This document shows positions 42,421-51,845 of a stretch of 64,000 nt of DNA, piece by piece. The stretch comes from Candidatus Cloacimonadales bacterium. GTDB lineage: Bacteria > Cloacimonadota > Cloacimonadia > Cloacimonadales > JAIOQZ01. The translations under genes were made by a program, and so were the position numbers. The notes under the pieces were generated by a model. It ran no database searches. It was given only the letters and a program-made list of their open reading frames with translations, and was not told where the DNA came from. Within the stretch, counting starts at the first letter, position 1. Each line of letters begins with the position of its first letter. The stretch lies in the NCBI GenBank assembly GCA_963674825.1, contig OY771587.1, positions 1,568,001 through 1,632,000 of the forward strand, read 5' to 3'.

Positions 42421-43152
42421 ATGCCTCTTCTGCTGAATTTTTATTTTATTGTTGTACTCGCTCTCGTAAGCGCCGTGTTCGAGGTTTTATATCACCTGGC
42501 GGCGCCCATCATGATGCTTGTGAAAGGCTATCGGCGAGATGACATTTATCGCATCAAGAACGCCGTTTACGGAAAAATGATGGTACGGGCAAGCTGGCCC
42601 ATTCTGCGTGTCAAGATGAAAGGCGCACACCGGGTTCCGAAGAACCGTTCCTGCGTTTTTGTCTATAACCACCCCAGCATGATCGATGTTTTCTTCGCAG
42701 CGTTGGTCCCGCACAACAACCTGTTGGTGTTCGTGCGATCCTGGCCATTCAAGCTGAAGCTCTTCGGCTGGTCTATGAAGCTTGCGGACTACATCAACAG
42801 TGAAGCCACCACACACGATGAGCTTGTTGAGCGCGGCGTTAAACTGGCGGAGCGCAATGTTTCGTTCGTGGTATTTCCCGAAGGTCACCGTTCACGCGAT
42901 GGCAAGCTGCACCGATTCTATTCCGGCGCGTTCTATCTCTCCATCAATACCGGCTCACCGGTAATACCGGTTGTGATGTCCGGAGTCGAAAACTTTTTCA
43001 GCACGAAGTTCCCCTTCGTGCGACCGACGAATGTAACTATCGAGATGCTCGACCCTGTTTATCCCGAGAATTTTCAGGAGGGTCAACGTCACCTGGCCAT
43101 GCGTAAACACGTCGAAGGCATCTATCGAGAATATTTGGGAGAACCACTTTGA
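42421..43152 (+). CDS. PlsC-like lysophospholipid acyltransferase
   Basis: NHPSMID (HX4D) and FPEGHRS motifs; N-terminal TM. Confidence 0.88.
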   Translation: MPLLLNFYFIVVLALVSAVFEVLYHLAAPIMMLVKGYRRDDIYRIKNAVYGKMMVRASWPILRVKMKGAHRVPKNRSCVFVYNHPSMIDVFFAALVPHNNLLVFVRSWPFKLKLFGWSMKLADYINSEATTHDELVERGVKLAERNVSFVVFPEGHRSRDGKLHRFYSGAFYLSINTGSPVIPVVMSGVENFFSTKFPFVRPTNVTIEMLDPVYPENFQEGQRHLAMRKHVEGIYREYLGEPL

Positions 43153-44465
43153 ACCTGATCGCCGATTTCCCCGCTGGCAAGTACCGCGACATTCAATATT
43201 TGAGCCGCGATCAGCAAGACGCCATTACGCTGGAACTGCTTCGAGAGCACATCGCATATGCGGCAAAGAACAGTCCTTTTTACCAGCGGCTTGGCATCGA
43301 CAGCAATAATATCAGGGATTTCAGCGATATGCAGCTGATTCCCACCACTGAAAAACGCCACCTGACCGAGCAGAATCTCGATTTTCTGGCTGTTCCACGT
43401 GAAACCGTGACCGATGTCTGCATGACATCCGCCACCGTCGGCTCGCAACCGACCATGATCCTGCAAACCCCTTCCGATCTCGCGCGCCTCGCGCACAACG
43501 AGGAGATCGCGTTCGGCATCTCCGGCCTCGGAAGTAATGACATCCTGGCTATCGGCGCAGCCATCGACCGCTGTTTCATGGCAGGCCTGGCATACTATCT
43601 GGGCGCACAGCGTATGGGCGCGACCGCTGTCCGCATCGGAGCTGGAAGCGCGGCGCAGCATTGGGAGCTGATCAAGACAACGGATGCAACAGCCATCGTA
43701 GGCGTACCATCCATGATGCTCAAGATCGCTCAGTACGCGCAGGAAGCAGGAGATGACCCAGCTTCGAGCACCGTCAGGAAGCTGCTCGCCATCGGCGAAC
43801 CGACGCGCGACGCCGGGCTGGAATTACTGCCTCTCGGCAAGCTGCTGGAAGAGACATGGCAAGCACCGCTCTATTCCACCTACGCTTCCACCGAAATGGC
43901 TACCTCATTCAACGAATGCGACGCCCGATGCGGAGGCCACCTTCGTCCCGAACTGGCCTACATGGAGATCCTCGACGATGATGGGAAACCAGTTCCACAA
44001 GGCGAGACAGGCGAAGTGACCCTTACACCGCTTGGTGTAAAAGGAATGCCGCTGATCAGGTTCCGCACCGGCGATATAGCCTACATGATCGACGAACCAT
44101 GCTCTTGCGGCAGAACTTCTCGGCGCATATCCCCGGTAGTGGGACGCAAGAACCAGATGCTGAAATACAAGGGAACGCTGATGTTCCCCAACGCCGTGAT
44201 GTCCGCTGTGGAAGGCCTGGATGGATTTCTGGAAGGCTATGTTACGGCGAAGTGCGATTCGCATGGAAACGACCTGGTGACGCTTTGCGCGGCGATTGAT
44301 CCCGCAAGGCTCTCGCTCGAAACCATGCGCCAGAGGCTACAGTCAAAGATCCGTGTGGTACCGCAGATCGAGCTGATGACCGAAGATGCTATTAGAGAAA
44401 AAGTATATCTGCCCGGAAAACGTAAACGGGTAATCTTTCACGATTACAGGAGTAACAATGAATGA
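43149..44465 (+). CDS. Phenylacetate-CoA ligase (PaaK)-family aryl-CoA/ACP ligase
   Basis: SPFY, MTSATVG, IGEP, TYASTE, PLIRFRTGD, CSCGR. Confidence 0.88.
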   Translation: MNLIADFPAGKYRDIQYLSRDQQDAITLELLREHIAYAAKNSPFYQRLGIDSNNIRDFSDMQLIPTTEKRHLTEQNLDFLAVPRETVTDVCMTSATVGSQPTMILQTPSDLARLAHNEEIAFGISGLGSNDILAIGAAIDRCFMAGLAYYLGAQRMGATAVRIGAGSAAQHWELIKTTDATAIVGVPSMMLKIAQYAQEAGDDPASSTVRKLLAIGEPTRDAGLELLPLGKLLEETWQAPLYSTYASTEMATSFNECDARCGGHLRPELAYMEILDDDGKPVPQGETGEVTLTPLGVKGMPLIRFRTGDIAYMIDEPCSCGRTSRRISPVVGRKNQMLKYKGTLMFPNAVMSAVEGLDGFLEGYVTAKCDSHGNDLVTLCAAIDPARLSLETMRQRLQSKIRVVPQIELMTEDAIREKVYLPGKRKRVIFHDYRSNNE

Positions 44466-46041
44466 CACGATCGTATTAACTGGCTACGATTTATCTATAG
44501 ACGAGATCGTCGCGATCGGACGCGGCGAAAAGAAAGTGAGCATGGAACCGCGCGCCTTGCAGCGTTGCGAAGCCTCGAGGAAGTTCCTGGAAGAAGAGAT
44601 TTCCAAGCAACGCGTCATCTACGGCGTAAACACCTCGTTCGGCCCCATGTGCAACAAAATCATCGACCACAACCACATCGAAACCCTGCAAGCCAACCTT
44701 ATCCGCAGCCATGCGGCCGGACTGGGCGAACCGCTCAATCCGGATGTCGCACGGGCCGTCTTCGCAGTGCGTTTGAACACATTGGTCAAAGGCTACGCAG
44801 GTGTCCGCATCGAACTGCTGGAACTGCTGGAAGGCATGATCAACGCCGGCATCGCACCATGGATTCCCGAGTGTGGAAGCGTAGGAGCATCGGGCGATCT
44901 GGTCCATCTGGCGCACATGGCGCTTTCGATCATCGGTGAAGGAAACGTGTGGTTTGATGACAGGGTAATCCCAGCGGAGTTGGCGCTGAAACAGTGCGAT
45001 CTGGAACCGCTGAACCTCAGCTATAAGGAAGGCCTTGCGCTGATCAACGGAACCGCCGCCATGACCGCCATCGCCGCTTTCGCTATCCACGACGCCAGAA
45101 AATCGATCGATATCGCCTGCCTGAACGCGGCATTCGCAATCGAGATTTTCGGCGGGATCGACGACGCATTCGACCGGCATCTGCATGCGGTCAAGCCGCA
45201 TCCGGGGCAAGTCTGGATCGCGGATCGTATTCGCGGACTCTACAAGGGCTCGGAAAACATCACCCTGCGCGAAAACATGCACGAGATTATCCGCAGCAAG
45301 CAGAAGGGCGACGAGCAAGTATTCGAGACCGATATCAACGTGCAGGATGTCTATTCAATTCGCTGCACGCCGCAGATACTGGCACCGGTGCAGGAAGCGA
45401 TCGAATTCACATCCGAAACCGTGATGCGTGAGGCAAACTCGTCCAACGACAACCCGATTATTATCCCCGAGAAACGAAAGATCATCCACGGCGGTAACTT
45501 CCATGGACAGAGCATCAGCTTCGCCATGGATATGCTCGCAATTGCTGTCTCAACCATGTGCAACCTCTCCGAACGCCGGCTGAACAAGCTGCTCGATCGC
45601 AACCTCAACGAAGGTCTGCCAGAGCATCTCATTCCGGGTACGGTGGGCCTTACGATGGGGTTCATGGGTGCACAGTACCTCTCCACTTCCACAACGGCGG
45701 AGAACCGCCAGATGGCAGCACCGGTCAGCACCAATACAATCTCCTGTAATGCCTCCAACCAGGACGTCGTCAGCATGGGGACCGTCTCGGCACGCAGAAC
45801 CTACCGCATGCTCAAGAATGCCTCCTATGTCTTGACGATGGAAACGCTGGCAGATATGCAAGCGCTTTCGTTCCGCAACGCCGATAAGCTCGGCGGGAAA
45901 ACCGGCAGGATTTACGGTGAACTTCAGAAACACTTCCGGGTTTACGATAACACACGCATTTTCCATGAAGATCTGGCAGCCTTCAAGCACCTGATATTCA
46001 AAGAAATCGACTTGAGTGGCATGCTGGAAGCAAAAGAATGA
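44458..46041 (+). CDS. MIO-dependent aromatic amino acid ammonia-lyase (HAL/TAL family)
   Basis: IYGVNTSFG, GSVGASGD (Ala-Ser-Gly MIO), EGLALING, YSIRC.PQ, GGNFHG, NQDVVSMG. Confidence 0.93.
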   Translation: MNDTIVLTGYDLSIDEIVAIGRGEKKVSMEPRALQRCEASRKFLEEEISKQRVIYGVNTSFGPMCNKIIDHNHIETLQANLIRSHAAGLGEPLNPDVARAVFAVRLNTLVKGYAGVRIELLELLEGMINAGIAPWIPECGSVGASGDLVHLAHMALSIIGEGNVWFDDRVIPAELALKQCDLEPLNLSYKEGLALINGTAAMTAIAAFAIHDARKSIDIACLNAAFAIEIFGGIDDAFDRHLHAVKPHPGQVWIADRIRGLYKGSENITLRENMHEIIRSKQKGDEQVFETDINVQDVYSIRCTPQILAPVQEAIEFTSETVMREANSSNDNPIIIPEKRKIIHGGNFHGQSISFAMDMLAIAVSTMCNLSERRLNKLLDRNLNEGLPEHLIPGTVGLTMGFMGAQYLSTSTTAENRQMAAPVSTNTISCNASNQDVVSMGTVSARRTYRMLKNASYVLTMETLADMQALSFRNADKLGGKTGRIYGELQKHFRVYDNTRIFHEDLAAFKHLIFKEIDLSGMLEAKE

Positions 46042-46048
46042 GGAGACA

Positions 46049-46912
46049 ATGATACCGATTGAGTTTCCAGTTGATGCACTGAAATTGATACCACAGCGCG
46101 GAAAGATGAAATTGATCGATGAACTACTGCGCGTTTCGGAAGAAGAAGCCTGCACGTGCTCTGACATGACCGATAAAACGATGTTTCTGACCCCCTCCGG
46201 GCATATTCTCCCGGCAGCGCTCGTTGAGCTGTCAGCACAATCAACCGCGTGCTATTCGGGATATATATCGATCCTGGAGGATGCCTCCGGTCAGCACTCT
46301 GGCTTGCTGGTGGGTATTCAGAATTTCGTCATCGAGGAAATCCCCGTGGCAAGTGAAGAGTTGTCAGTAGAGATCCATCAGGAAAGTGCTATCGGGCCAT
46401 TCAGTGTCCATGGGATATCCGTATTTTCGAATCAGACACAGATAGCCAGCGGTGCACTCAAGACTTGGGAAGTCACCGAATCGATGGAGAAAATCGATAT
46501 CGAGATGCAAGCAGTCGGCAATCCGGTTCTGGAAGCTCATTCCAGCGATCTTGCGCCTATCGAGCACGACATTCTGAGAAGTGTTGTATCCATCGGCAAG
46601 CAGGATGACCACATCCGCGCACGCCTTTGCTATCGGCTTGATTTCATGGGATTCGACGGACATTTTCCCGAGTTTCCAGTACTACCCGGCATTCTCATTC
46701 TGCAAACCGCTGAGACAATTTGCTCGCAACAATTGAACTACCTCTACCGCATCAAGTCGATTGGAAACGCCAAGTTCGCTAAATTGATATTGCCAGGTGA
46801 GGAGATCGATTACGACATCGTATTGAAGCGCGGAGAAGAGGATATCACTGCCCTCGTGCGTGTTTACGGCGGCAACGAATTGAAGGCCAGATTTTCCCTG
46901 ACGCTGGCGTAA
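46049..46912 (+). CDS. Double hot-dog 3-hydroxyacyl-ACP dehydratase (ApeP-like + ApeI/FabZ-like fusion)
   Basis: N-half LIPQRGKMKLID...VELSAQ; C-half FDGHFPEFPVLPG; ATG 46049 with AGGAG. Confidence 0.8.
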   Translation: MIPIEFPVDALKLIPQRGKMKLIDELLRVSEEEACTCSDMTDKTMFLTPSGHILPAALVELSAQSTACYSGYISILEDASGQHSGLLVGIQNFVIEEIPVASEELSVEIHQESAIGPFSVHGISVFSNQTQIASGALKTWEVTESMEKIDIEMQAVGNPVLEAHSSDLAPIEHDILRSVVSIGKQDDHIRARLCYRLDFMGFDGHFPEFPVLPGILILQTAETICSQQLNYLYRIKSIGNAKFAKLILPGEEIDYDIVLKRGEEDITALVRVYGGNELKARFSLTLA

Positions 46913-46925
46913 GAGAGTTATTTAT

Positions 46926-47399
46926 ATGAGTCGCAGAAGTAAAAAACAATATTTCCCGCAGGAACCCGGCGCCCCCGAACCCCTGATCGCCGAATGCACG
47001 CGCATCGTGCGTTTTGAGGAGGTCGATCCGTTGACAATCGTCTGGCATGGTCGCTACCCCAGCTTTCTGGAGGATGGACGAGCCGCGTTCGGCATCAAAT
47101 ACAATATGGGTTATATGGACATGTACAAGGCCGGATTCCTGGCCCCGATCGTCCAGATGCACATCGACAACCACAATCCGCTGCAGTTTGGCGAGGAATT
47201 CCTCATTCGCGCCCGGCTCCACTGGACGCAGGCAGTTCGGATGAACTTCAGCTACGAACTGCTCAAGGACGGCAATATCCCGGTCGCTACCGGGTATACG
47301 GTGCAGCTTTTCACTGATCTCAACCGAAATGTGATGCTGGTCAGGCCCGATTATATCGAGGATTTCATGCGTGACTGGCAGGAAGGACTGTTAGCGTGA
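46926..47399 (+). CDS. Acyl-CoA/ACP thioesterase (4HBT/YbgC hot-dog family)
   Basis: VRFEEVDPLTIVWHGRYPSFLEDGR motif. Confidence 0.88.
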   Translation: MSRRSKKQYFPQEPGAPEPLIAECTRIVRFEEVDPLTIVWHGRYPSFLEDGRAAFGIKYNMGYMDMYKAGFLAPIVQMHIDNHNPLQFGEEFLIRARLHWTQAVRMNFSYELLKDGNIPVATGYTVQLFTDLNRNVMLVRPDYIEDFMRDWQEGLLA

Positions 47400-49234
47400 A
47401 ATCTGTTTTTATCAGCGCAGCCAATATCGTGACCGGGCTTGGAACCGGCGTCGAAACCAATCTCGATAAGCTGCTCTTGGGTTCGATCGCGATTGAGACC
47501 ATCGAGCATTTCAACACCGACAGACTACTGTTTCACAAGGCCTCGACGGCGAAGCATATCCGCAAACGCAACCCTCGAAGTGTGATGATGGAGCTGACCA
47601 AAGAAGTAGTTTCCGGTTTACCAAAACTGCCTGAAAACACCTACCTGATCTGGGCCGGCGTAAAGAATAATATTGAGTATATCGAAGCCGGGAAAGACGA
47701 TTCGCTGCCCTACCTGCCCGAGCATTTCATCGAATTCGTGCAAAAGGAACTGGCAATCGACGGCGGAAGTCTTTGCTGTAACGCTGCCTGTGCCGCATCG
47801 ACGGTCGCGATCGCGCTTGCCGCACAGAAGGTTGCATCCGGTCAGAAGAAGAGCGTACTGGTTGTCGCAGCCGATATCGCCAGTCGATTCACCCACACCG
47901 GATTTTCAGCTCTCCGTGCGCTTTCCGGCACTGACTGCCGTCCGTTTGACGGCAACCGTGACGGGCTCTGCCTCGGCGACGGCGCTGCCGCGATCTGGAT
48001 TACCGACGGAGATGGTTTCTCCACGGAAGCAAAGCTCTCAGGTTGGGGTATCGCCAACGACGCCAATCATATCACCGGGCCGGCGCGTGACGGATGTGGA
48101 TTGATCATGTCCATCGAGCAGGCGATGAAAATCGCAGGTCTGAAATCGAATCAGATTGAAGCCTTCTGCGCTCACGGAACCGGTACCGTATATAACGACG
48201 CAATGGAACTGACCGCATTCGAAACCATCTTCGGCGAGAAGCGATTCCCGGTTTTCGGCGTCAAGGGCTCTATCGGCCACACGCTGGGAGCAGCCGGTGC
48301 GATCGAAGTCGCGCTGTGCAGCAAACTCCTCGATAAAAAGATCATCCCACCAACCAACGGCGTCACCGAACCGGAAGAACGCGCTGTGGGAAGAGTTTCC
48401 AGTCAATCGCAAGCTTTTGCCGGTAACAGCATCCTGACCACCAATTCCGGGTTTGGTGGCGTAAACGCCGCAGTTATTTTGGAGCCGGTTTTGGATCGCC
48501 AAGCTCCAGCTTGGCATCTCCCTGAAATGGATGCTCGTTCGGAGACCGAGCGCAACAAAAATCATGATCAGGTGAACCTGAAGATTCTCGGCGGAAGCTG
48601 GATCAACGCATCGGGATTCGCGCAGTTGAACCAAGCCACATCCTTCGAGTACCAACCGGGTGAACCCGTTCTACCGCCGGCACGAGGACTCTTCAATCCT
48701 CCGCTTACACGCTACGGCAGATTCGATCGTTATACCAAGACCGGTATCGCGGCCATGGCGCTTGCTTTGAAAGACGCCGGACTGGAAACGTACGAAGACA
48801 AGCGCAACATCGGCGTGGTTCTTTCTACTAAATGGGAGAGCTTCGAAACCGATCTGACATATTATGAAACGACGCTCGCGGACGGCGGCATCGCATCAAG
48901 TCCGAACCTCTTTTCCTACACACTTCCCAACGTGGTTATCGGCGAATGTGCCGCCTACTACAAGCTAATGGGCCCCACTTTCACTGTGGGAAGCTGCTTT
49001 TTGCCTGCGCTAGACGCGATGATAGCCGGGCTGACCGACACGATGGTCATCGGATGGCTGGACAGCGACCCAATGGGTGACCATAACGGCGCGCTGTTTG
49101 TTTTGGTGAAGCGTGCAAACGAACACGAGAAATACGATTATCAATACATTGACGGGACGCTGACCGATCCAAACGGCAAGCCAATCAACAGCTTGCAGGA
49201 TCTGGTTCGCAACCACATCAACCAAAAGGGCTAA
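47396..49234 (+). CDS. Beta-ketoacyl synthase fused to a KS-like (chain-length-factor-like) domain
   Basis: N-half AACAAS, CAHGTGT, KGSIGHTLGA, GFGG; C-half RYGRFDRYTK...SPNLFSYTLPN without the His motifs. Confidence 0.82.
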   Translation: MKSVFISAANIVTGLGTGVETNLDKLLLGSIAIETIEHFNTDRLLFHKASTAKHIRKRNPRSVMMELTKEVVSGLPKLPENTYLIWAGVKNNIEYIEAGKDDSLPYLPEHFIEFVQKELAIDGGSLCCNAACAASTVAIALAAQKVASGQKKSVLVVAADIASRFTHTGFSALRALSGTDCRPFDGNRDGLCLGDGAAAIWITDGDGFSTEAKLSGWGIANDANHITGPARDGCGLIMSIEQAMKIAGLKSNQIEAFCAHGTGTVYNDAMELTAFETIFGEKRFPVFGVKGSIGHTLGAAGAIEVALCSKLLDKKIIPPTNGVTEPEERAVGRVSSQSQAFAGNSILTTNSGFGGVNAAVILEPVLDRQAPAWHLPEMDARSETERNKNHDQVNLKILGGSWINASGFAQLNQATSFEYQPGEPVLPPARGLFNPPLTRYGRFDRYTKTGIAAMALALKDAGLETYEDKRNIGVVLSTKWESFETDLTYYETTLADGGIASSPNLFSYTLPNVVIGECAAYYKLMGPTFTVGSCFLPALDAMIAGLTDTMVIGWLDSDPMGDHNGALFVLVKRANEHEKYDYQYIDGTLTDPNGKPINSLQDLVRNHINQKG

Positions 49235-49238
49235 TACT

Positions 49239-50501
49239 ATGAAATTCAAACTTATATATCCGAAATGGCGTAAACTCGAGATGCAGACACCATTCTTTCT
49301 TCCGCCGCACGGCCCGGTCGTAATGGCTGCCGAAGTGCCGGAAGATGTCGAAATCGAATTCACTGACGACAACGTGCAGGACTTGGTTCTGGATGACTCA
49401 CCCGATCTGGTGGGACTTTCTGTCATGCTCACAGCGCAGCTTCCCAGAGCGTTCGAGATCGCAAAACACTACCGCGACCGCGGTATCCCCGTCATGGCGG
49501 GTGGTATCTCGGCGAATCTCCATTCGGAAGAGCTCAGAAAGCATGTCGATTCCATCTTCCTGGGGGAAGTAGAAGGCAGACTTGGCAAGGTCTTCGACGA
49601 TCTCAAGAACGGGCAATTGAAACCAGTGTACGACTACCATCTCGATTTTCCGCCCATCGAGTCCATTGGAACCGCTCGGCGCGAGATCCTGGACCACAGC
49701 AAGTACGTCTATCGCGGCACCAAAATGCTCGATCTGATTCACGCCTCGCGCGGCTGCCGGTTCAATTGCTTCCCGTGCTGCACGCCGTATCTGGGTGGTC
49801 GGCAATTCCGCCCGAGACCGATTGAAAACGTCATCGAGGAGATGAAAGCGATCGACAATAACCGCCTATTCATCGTGGATAACTCACTGGCGCAGGACTC
49901 TAACTGGGAAAAAGAGCTCTTCAAAGCGATGATTCCCATCAAGAAGAAATTCGTAAGCCATCCCATCGAACGCAACGACGAGATCCTCGAGCTCGCATAT
50001 CAGGCTGGTGCATGGTACGTCTATCAGGCGGTGTTCGATACTTCCGATTTCATCCGCGAAACCATCCGCATGTACAAGGATCATGGCATCGGCATCGAGG
50101 GAACCATCATTCTCGGTACCGACGATCAGGATGTGGACACCATCAAGCGGCTCGTCGATTTCCTGCTCGAAGTGGAGATGGACACTGCTGAATTCACAAT
50201 ACTCACACCGTTCATGCACACTCCGATCCGTACGCAGCTCGAAAAAGAAGGCCGACTGCTCTCCAATGGATGGGAAGATTATACTTGCGATCGCGTCGTT
50301 TTCAAACCCAAGAAAATGACGACAACCCAGCTTCAGGATATGTATTATTACGCGTGGGAAACCTTCTATCAGGATGAATCGCAGGAATTGAAGATGGGCA
50401 AGCTCTTCCACAAGCTGGTGCAACGTGAAATTGCAGACGGCACCTATGCGCGTCCAAGCCTTTCCGGCAGTCGCAGACGTGGAGCAAACCAAACGACATG
50501 A
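49239..50501 (+). CDS. Cobalamin-binding radical SAM protein 1
   Basis: N-terminal Rossmann-like domain (PDLVGLS...GG...GEVE); SRGCRFNCFPC; ILTPF..TP. Confidence 0.85.
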   Translation: MKFKLIYPKWRKLEMQTPFFLPPHGPVVMAAEVPEDVEIEFTDDNVQDLVLDDSPDLVGLSVMLTAQLPRAFEIAKHYRDRGIPVMAGGISANLHSEELRKHVDSIFLGEVEGRLGKVFDDLKNGQLKPVYDYHLDFPPIESIGTARREILDHSKYVYRGTKMLDLIHASRGCRFNCFPCCTPYLGGRQFRPRPIENVIEEMKAIDNNRLFIVDNSLAQDSNWEKELFKAMIPIKKKFVSHPIERNDEILELAYQAGAWYVYQAVFDTSDFIRETIRMYKDHGIGIEGTIILGTDDQDVDTIKRLVDFLLEVEMDTAEFTILTPFMHTPIRTQLEKEGRLLSNGWEDYTCDRVVFKPKKMTTTQLQDMYYYAWETFYQDESQELKMGKLFHKLVQREIADGTYARPSLSGSRRRGANQTT

Positions 50502-51844
50502 TACTGCTGATTTCCTGCAACACAACCACCGAACCCTATCCGGTCTATCCGCTGGGTATGGCGATGATCGCACATGCCGCTGAGGATGCCGGATTTGACG
50601 TAATCCAGCGCGATATCCTGGTCGCAGAAGACTGGCAAGCGGAAATCCGCGAGCTGATCGAACAGAACGATCTGCTCCTGATCGGGCTTTCCATACGCAA
50701 TGTTGACGACGTCAACTACTGCAAGGGCGATGTATATTTCGACCACTATCGCCAGATCGTGCAATTCATCCGGCAGTACACCGACAAACCCATCGTACTC
50801 GGTGGTTCGGGCTACTCGATCTTCCCAAATGAGATGCTCGAAATGAGCGGTGCCGACTACGGTATCGTGGGTGAAGGCGAAAAGGTATTCGTCGAGCTGG
50901 CAAAGGCGATCAGCAGCGGCAATCCGCCATCTGAGACCATCCTGCGCGGTTCGAGCTACATCCAGCCAGACGAACTGATCCCCACCCGTCGAGATCCGAA
51001 GCTTGCCGAGTTTTATCTCATGCGTGGTGGTATGCTGAATGTGCAGAGCAAGCGCGGGTGTCCACATCGCTGCATCTATTGCTCCTATCCCGTGCTGGAA
51101 GGCGTTCAATATCGGTTTCGCTCGGCAAAGGACGTCGTGGACGAGATCGAGCAACTGAAAACCGATTACAATGCCGACTATCTTTCTTTCACCGACTCGG
51201 TATTCAATGACGCGCGCGGTAACTATCTCTCCATCGCGGAGGAACTTGTGCGTCGCCAGAATAAGACGCCGTGGATGGCTTTTTTCCGTCCTGCCGATTT
51301 CACGCCAGACGAAGTCGATCTGCTGAAACGATCTGGTTTGCATGCTGTGGAATGGGGAACAGACGCTTCCTCCGACGCAACACTGGACGGACTGAAGAAG
51401 GACTTTACCTGGGCTCAGGTACAGCATTCCAACCGGTTGTTCGCGGAATCCGGCATTCAGAACGCACATTTCGTGATGTTCGCCGGACCGAACGAGACAC
51501 CGGAGACAGTCGAAGAGGGAATCCGCAATATCGAAGCGCTAACCGATTGCGTGGTCTTCGCCGGTATCGGGTTGCGCGTGTTCCCGGATACGCCTATCTG
51601 GAAGACACTGACAGAGCAAGGCATAATCTCAGCGCAACAGAACATCCTCGATCCCTACTGGTACTTTTCGCCGCACATCGATCGCGAATGGCTCCACCAA
51701 AGACTGCTGGAAGCGTTCAAAGACCGAAAGGATCGCATCTATCCCGACGGCGAACAGCTCGATATGATCAAGGCATTCCACAACATGGGCTATCGCGGCC
51801 CCATCTGGAACTTGATCCTCTCGCACAACAGAACCAGGCGGTAA
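50498..51844 (+). CDS. Cobalamin-binding radical SAM protein 2 (resembles the lipid biosynthesis B12/rSAM family)
   Basis: PYPVYPLG, IGLSIRNVD, LGGSGYS, GEGE, KRGCPHRCIYC, TDSVFN. Confidence 0.88.
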   Translation: MILLISCNTTTEPYPVYPLGMAMIAHAAEDAGFDVIQRDILVAEDWQAEIRELIEQNDLLLIGLSIRNVDDVNYCKGDVYFDHYRQIVQFIRQYTDKPIVLGGSGYSIFPNEMLEMSGADYGIVGEGEKVFVELAKAISSGNPPSETILRGSSYIQPDELIPTRRDPKLAEFYLMRGGMLNVQSKRGCPHRCIYCSYPVLEGVQYRFRSAKDVVDEIEQLKTDYNADYLSFTDSVFNDARGNYLSIAEELVRRQNKTPWMAFFRPADFTPDEVDLLKRSGLHAVEWGTDASSDATLDGLKKDFTWAQVQHSNRLFAESGIQNAHFVMFAGPNETPETVEEGIRNIEALTDCVVFAGIGLRVFPDTPIWKTLTEQGIISAQQNILDPYWYFSPHIDREWLHQRLLEAFKDRKDRIYPDGEQLDMIKAFHNMGYRGPIWNLILSHNRTRR

Positions 51845-51845
51845 C

